NCBI GenBank assembly: GCA_046538485.1
Contig: JBKHIT010000012.1
Coordinates: 1-64,000 of the forward strand
From: Candidatus Brocadiia bacterium
Lineage (GTDB): Bacteria; Planctomycetota; Brocadiia; SM23-32
Length of the DNA stretch: 64,000 nt
Reading direction: 5' to 3'
The position numbers were made by a program, and so were the translations under genes. This document shows, piece by piece, positions 62,509 to 64,000 of the stretch. Below the pieces are notes generated by a model. The model saw nothing but the letters and a program-made list of their open reading frames with translations, was not told where the DNA came from and made no database searches. Each line of letters starts with the position of its first letter. Position 1 is the first letter of the stretch.

Positions 62509-62932
62509 AGTCTCTCGTTGCCGATACACGGGTAGATCGGAGTTCAGGCGGAGGCTGGAGTTCAGAACGTGGACAATACTTCCAGAATATTGCAGCCTTC
62601 GGTTTTACGACTTGCAGCCGGGCCTACAAGAGACGCGCCTTCATAGGAGTGCGGTGTGTTAAAACGGGCCTCGGGCGCGTTTTACTCACCGCTGTGTCGT
62701 TCCCGAATATGCTCGATCCCATGTGATTTTCCCCCGACAACGACACAGAGGAACGACAAAACGGCGATACGGCAACGGCACAGACAAACGGCACAGCGGC
62801 GAAAAATCGCCGCACTCCAGAGCCGGCTCCGCCGGCGGGGTTCATGCATGAAACGGTACTGTTAAGATTGTCCGGCACGCAACATGTTCCATTCCGGAAC
62901 GAACGACAACGACTCCGGGCCGTCAGGCCCGG

Positions 62933-62957
62933 TCCACAGGCTGGAGAGCCTGTGCCA
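62933..62957 (-). repeat. GTGG-type REP-like hairpin
   Basis: Minus strand GTGGCACAGGCTCTCCAGCCTGTGG. Confidence 0.45.
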
Positions 62958-63008
62958 CATGTGTTTGTCGCACACTCAGAAAACATCCCCAAAATCCCGC
63001 TTCGTAGC

Positions 63009-63112
63009 TCATTGCGAGCCCATCGCAAGATGGGCGAAGCAATTTCGTCTTTTTGTTGCCCCAACAGCGAGATTGCCGCGGCGCCCCGCTGAGCGGAACG
63101 CCTCGCAATGAC
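63009..63112. repeat. Palindromic RPE-like element
   Basis: TCATTGCGAG...GAAGCAAT...GAGATTGC...CTCGCAATGAC inverted arms. Confidence 0.6.
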
Positions 63113-63376
63113 ATTTGTGAACTTGGACGGCTGATTTAACGCAGGTTAAACGCATACCCGGCCAAACCGACAGAGGCCGGGCGCGAGGTCACGCTGCGAC
63201 GGCCAGCCCACTCAATCTCTGCCTCCTGTCACGCAAGGTGACAGCGGGGCTTCGGGTGCTGAATAAGGAGGCGTAGAATCGGCCGTTTCGGCCAGGGTGG
63301 GATGAAACTTCTGCACACCATAATTTTTCAGCCCCGTGTCCCGTCTCGCACCTGCACCCAGGGGTTGCGGGAACCT

Positions 63377-64000
63377 TCACCCGAAAAGCCGATGTGCTTC
63401 TTCCAGCAAATCCACCACGGGCAGATCGTAAGGACATTTTTCTTCGCATTCCCCGCAACGCTCGCATTCGTCGGCTTTGATCTCGACCATGCTGTACCGC
63501 CCACGGGCCCACTCTTCCAGACCCATTTCCCGCCCGTAGAACAGATGCCGAAGAATTATGGGGATTAGAATACCGTTCGGGCAGGGCTGGCAGTAGCCGC
63601 AACCCCGGCACATCTCGCGTCCCAATCCTCTGACTGCATCCTGCAGGGCCGCCACTTCCTCTCTCGTGTACCGGTGTTCCGGGCTGGCGGCGCGGATATC
63701 TTCACGCAGTTCTTCAACCGCCTTCATCCCGACCATTGCACAATCGGCGTAAGGATTCTCAAGCACGAAACGAATGGCCCCCGCCGGTCCAATGGGTCGT
63801 TCCGGCAAACCCTGGCCTTCCAACTTCAATTTATCTCCCACCTCCGCCAGAACGCCACCGCCCAGAGGTTTCATCACAAGGGTTCCAAGATCGTGCTCTT
63901 TCGCCATCGGCATAACTTCTTCATCCATCAACTCGTCATTCAGAATATTATAAGCGACCATAATAACGTCGAAACGTCCCGAAGAAATCGCTTTTTTGAA
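63377..64000 (-). CDS. Aldo/keto reductase with C-terminal 4Fe-4S dicluster (5' end outside the window)
   Basis: MKPLGGG, CRGCGYCQPCP, CERCGECEEKCP. Confidence 0.9.
   Translation of the reverse strand, partial: FKKAISSGRFDVIMVAYNILNDELMDEEVMPMAKEHDLGTLVMKPLGGGVLAEVGDKLKLEGQGLPERPIGPAGAIRFVLENPYADCAMVGMKAVEELREDIRAASPEHRYTREEVAALQDAVRGLGREMCRGCGYCQPCPNGILIPIILRHLFYGREMGLEEWARGRYSMVEIKADECERCGECEEKCPYDLPVVDLLEEAHRLFG

Noticed and set aside
1..64000. tRNA, rRNA or canonical CRISPR array
   Set aside because: None recognised by eye; a covariance-model scan would be needed to exclude them.

Overview
Bacterial chromosomal window, probably from the PVC superphylum (Planctomycetota-like; inferred from DUF1559 prepilin-type proteins and a DUF6785-type membrane protein). 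0.1-13.5 kb holds a minus-strand Wzx/Wzy/Wzz polysaccharide locus with four sulfotransferase-like genes. 11-17 kb holds three GT-C (ArnT/PMT-like) glycosyltransferases, one split into two ORFs and fused to lectin-like repeats. 17-35 kb is a glycan-decoration region: radical SAM/SPASM, GT2/GT4, two DUF354 paralogs sharing a 101-bp identical tract, a TauABC/SsuABC-type importer, three PaaK/CapK-like ligases, an ATP-grasp ligase, a GNAT and a Cys-less asparagine-synthetase homolog. 35-45 kb has an orphan AddB-like nuclease, an oxidoreductase, a fucose isomerase and an MrfA-like helicase. 45-64 kb is a carbohydrate-utilisation region: a XylR-type regulator, a redox operon and a DUF1559 operon, the two operons carrying the same AraC-type promoter architecture. 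Other signals are several genes collapsed by internal deletions, an internally deleted IS1111-type element in a hairpin target, and a circularly permuted ~209-bp intergenic repeat. All product calls come from motif recognition by eye; no searches were run.
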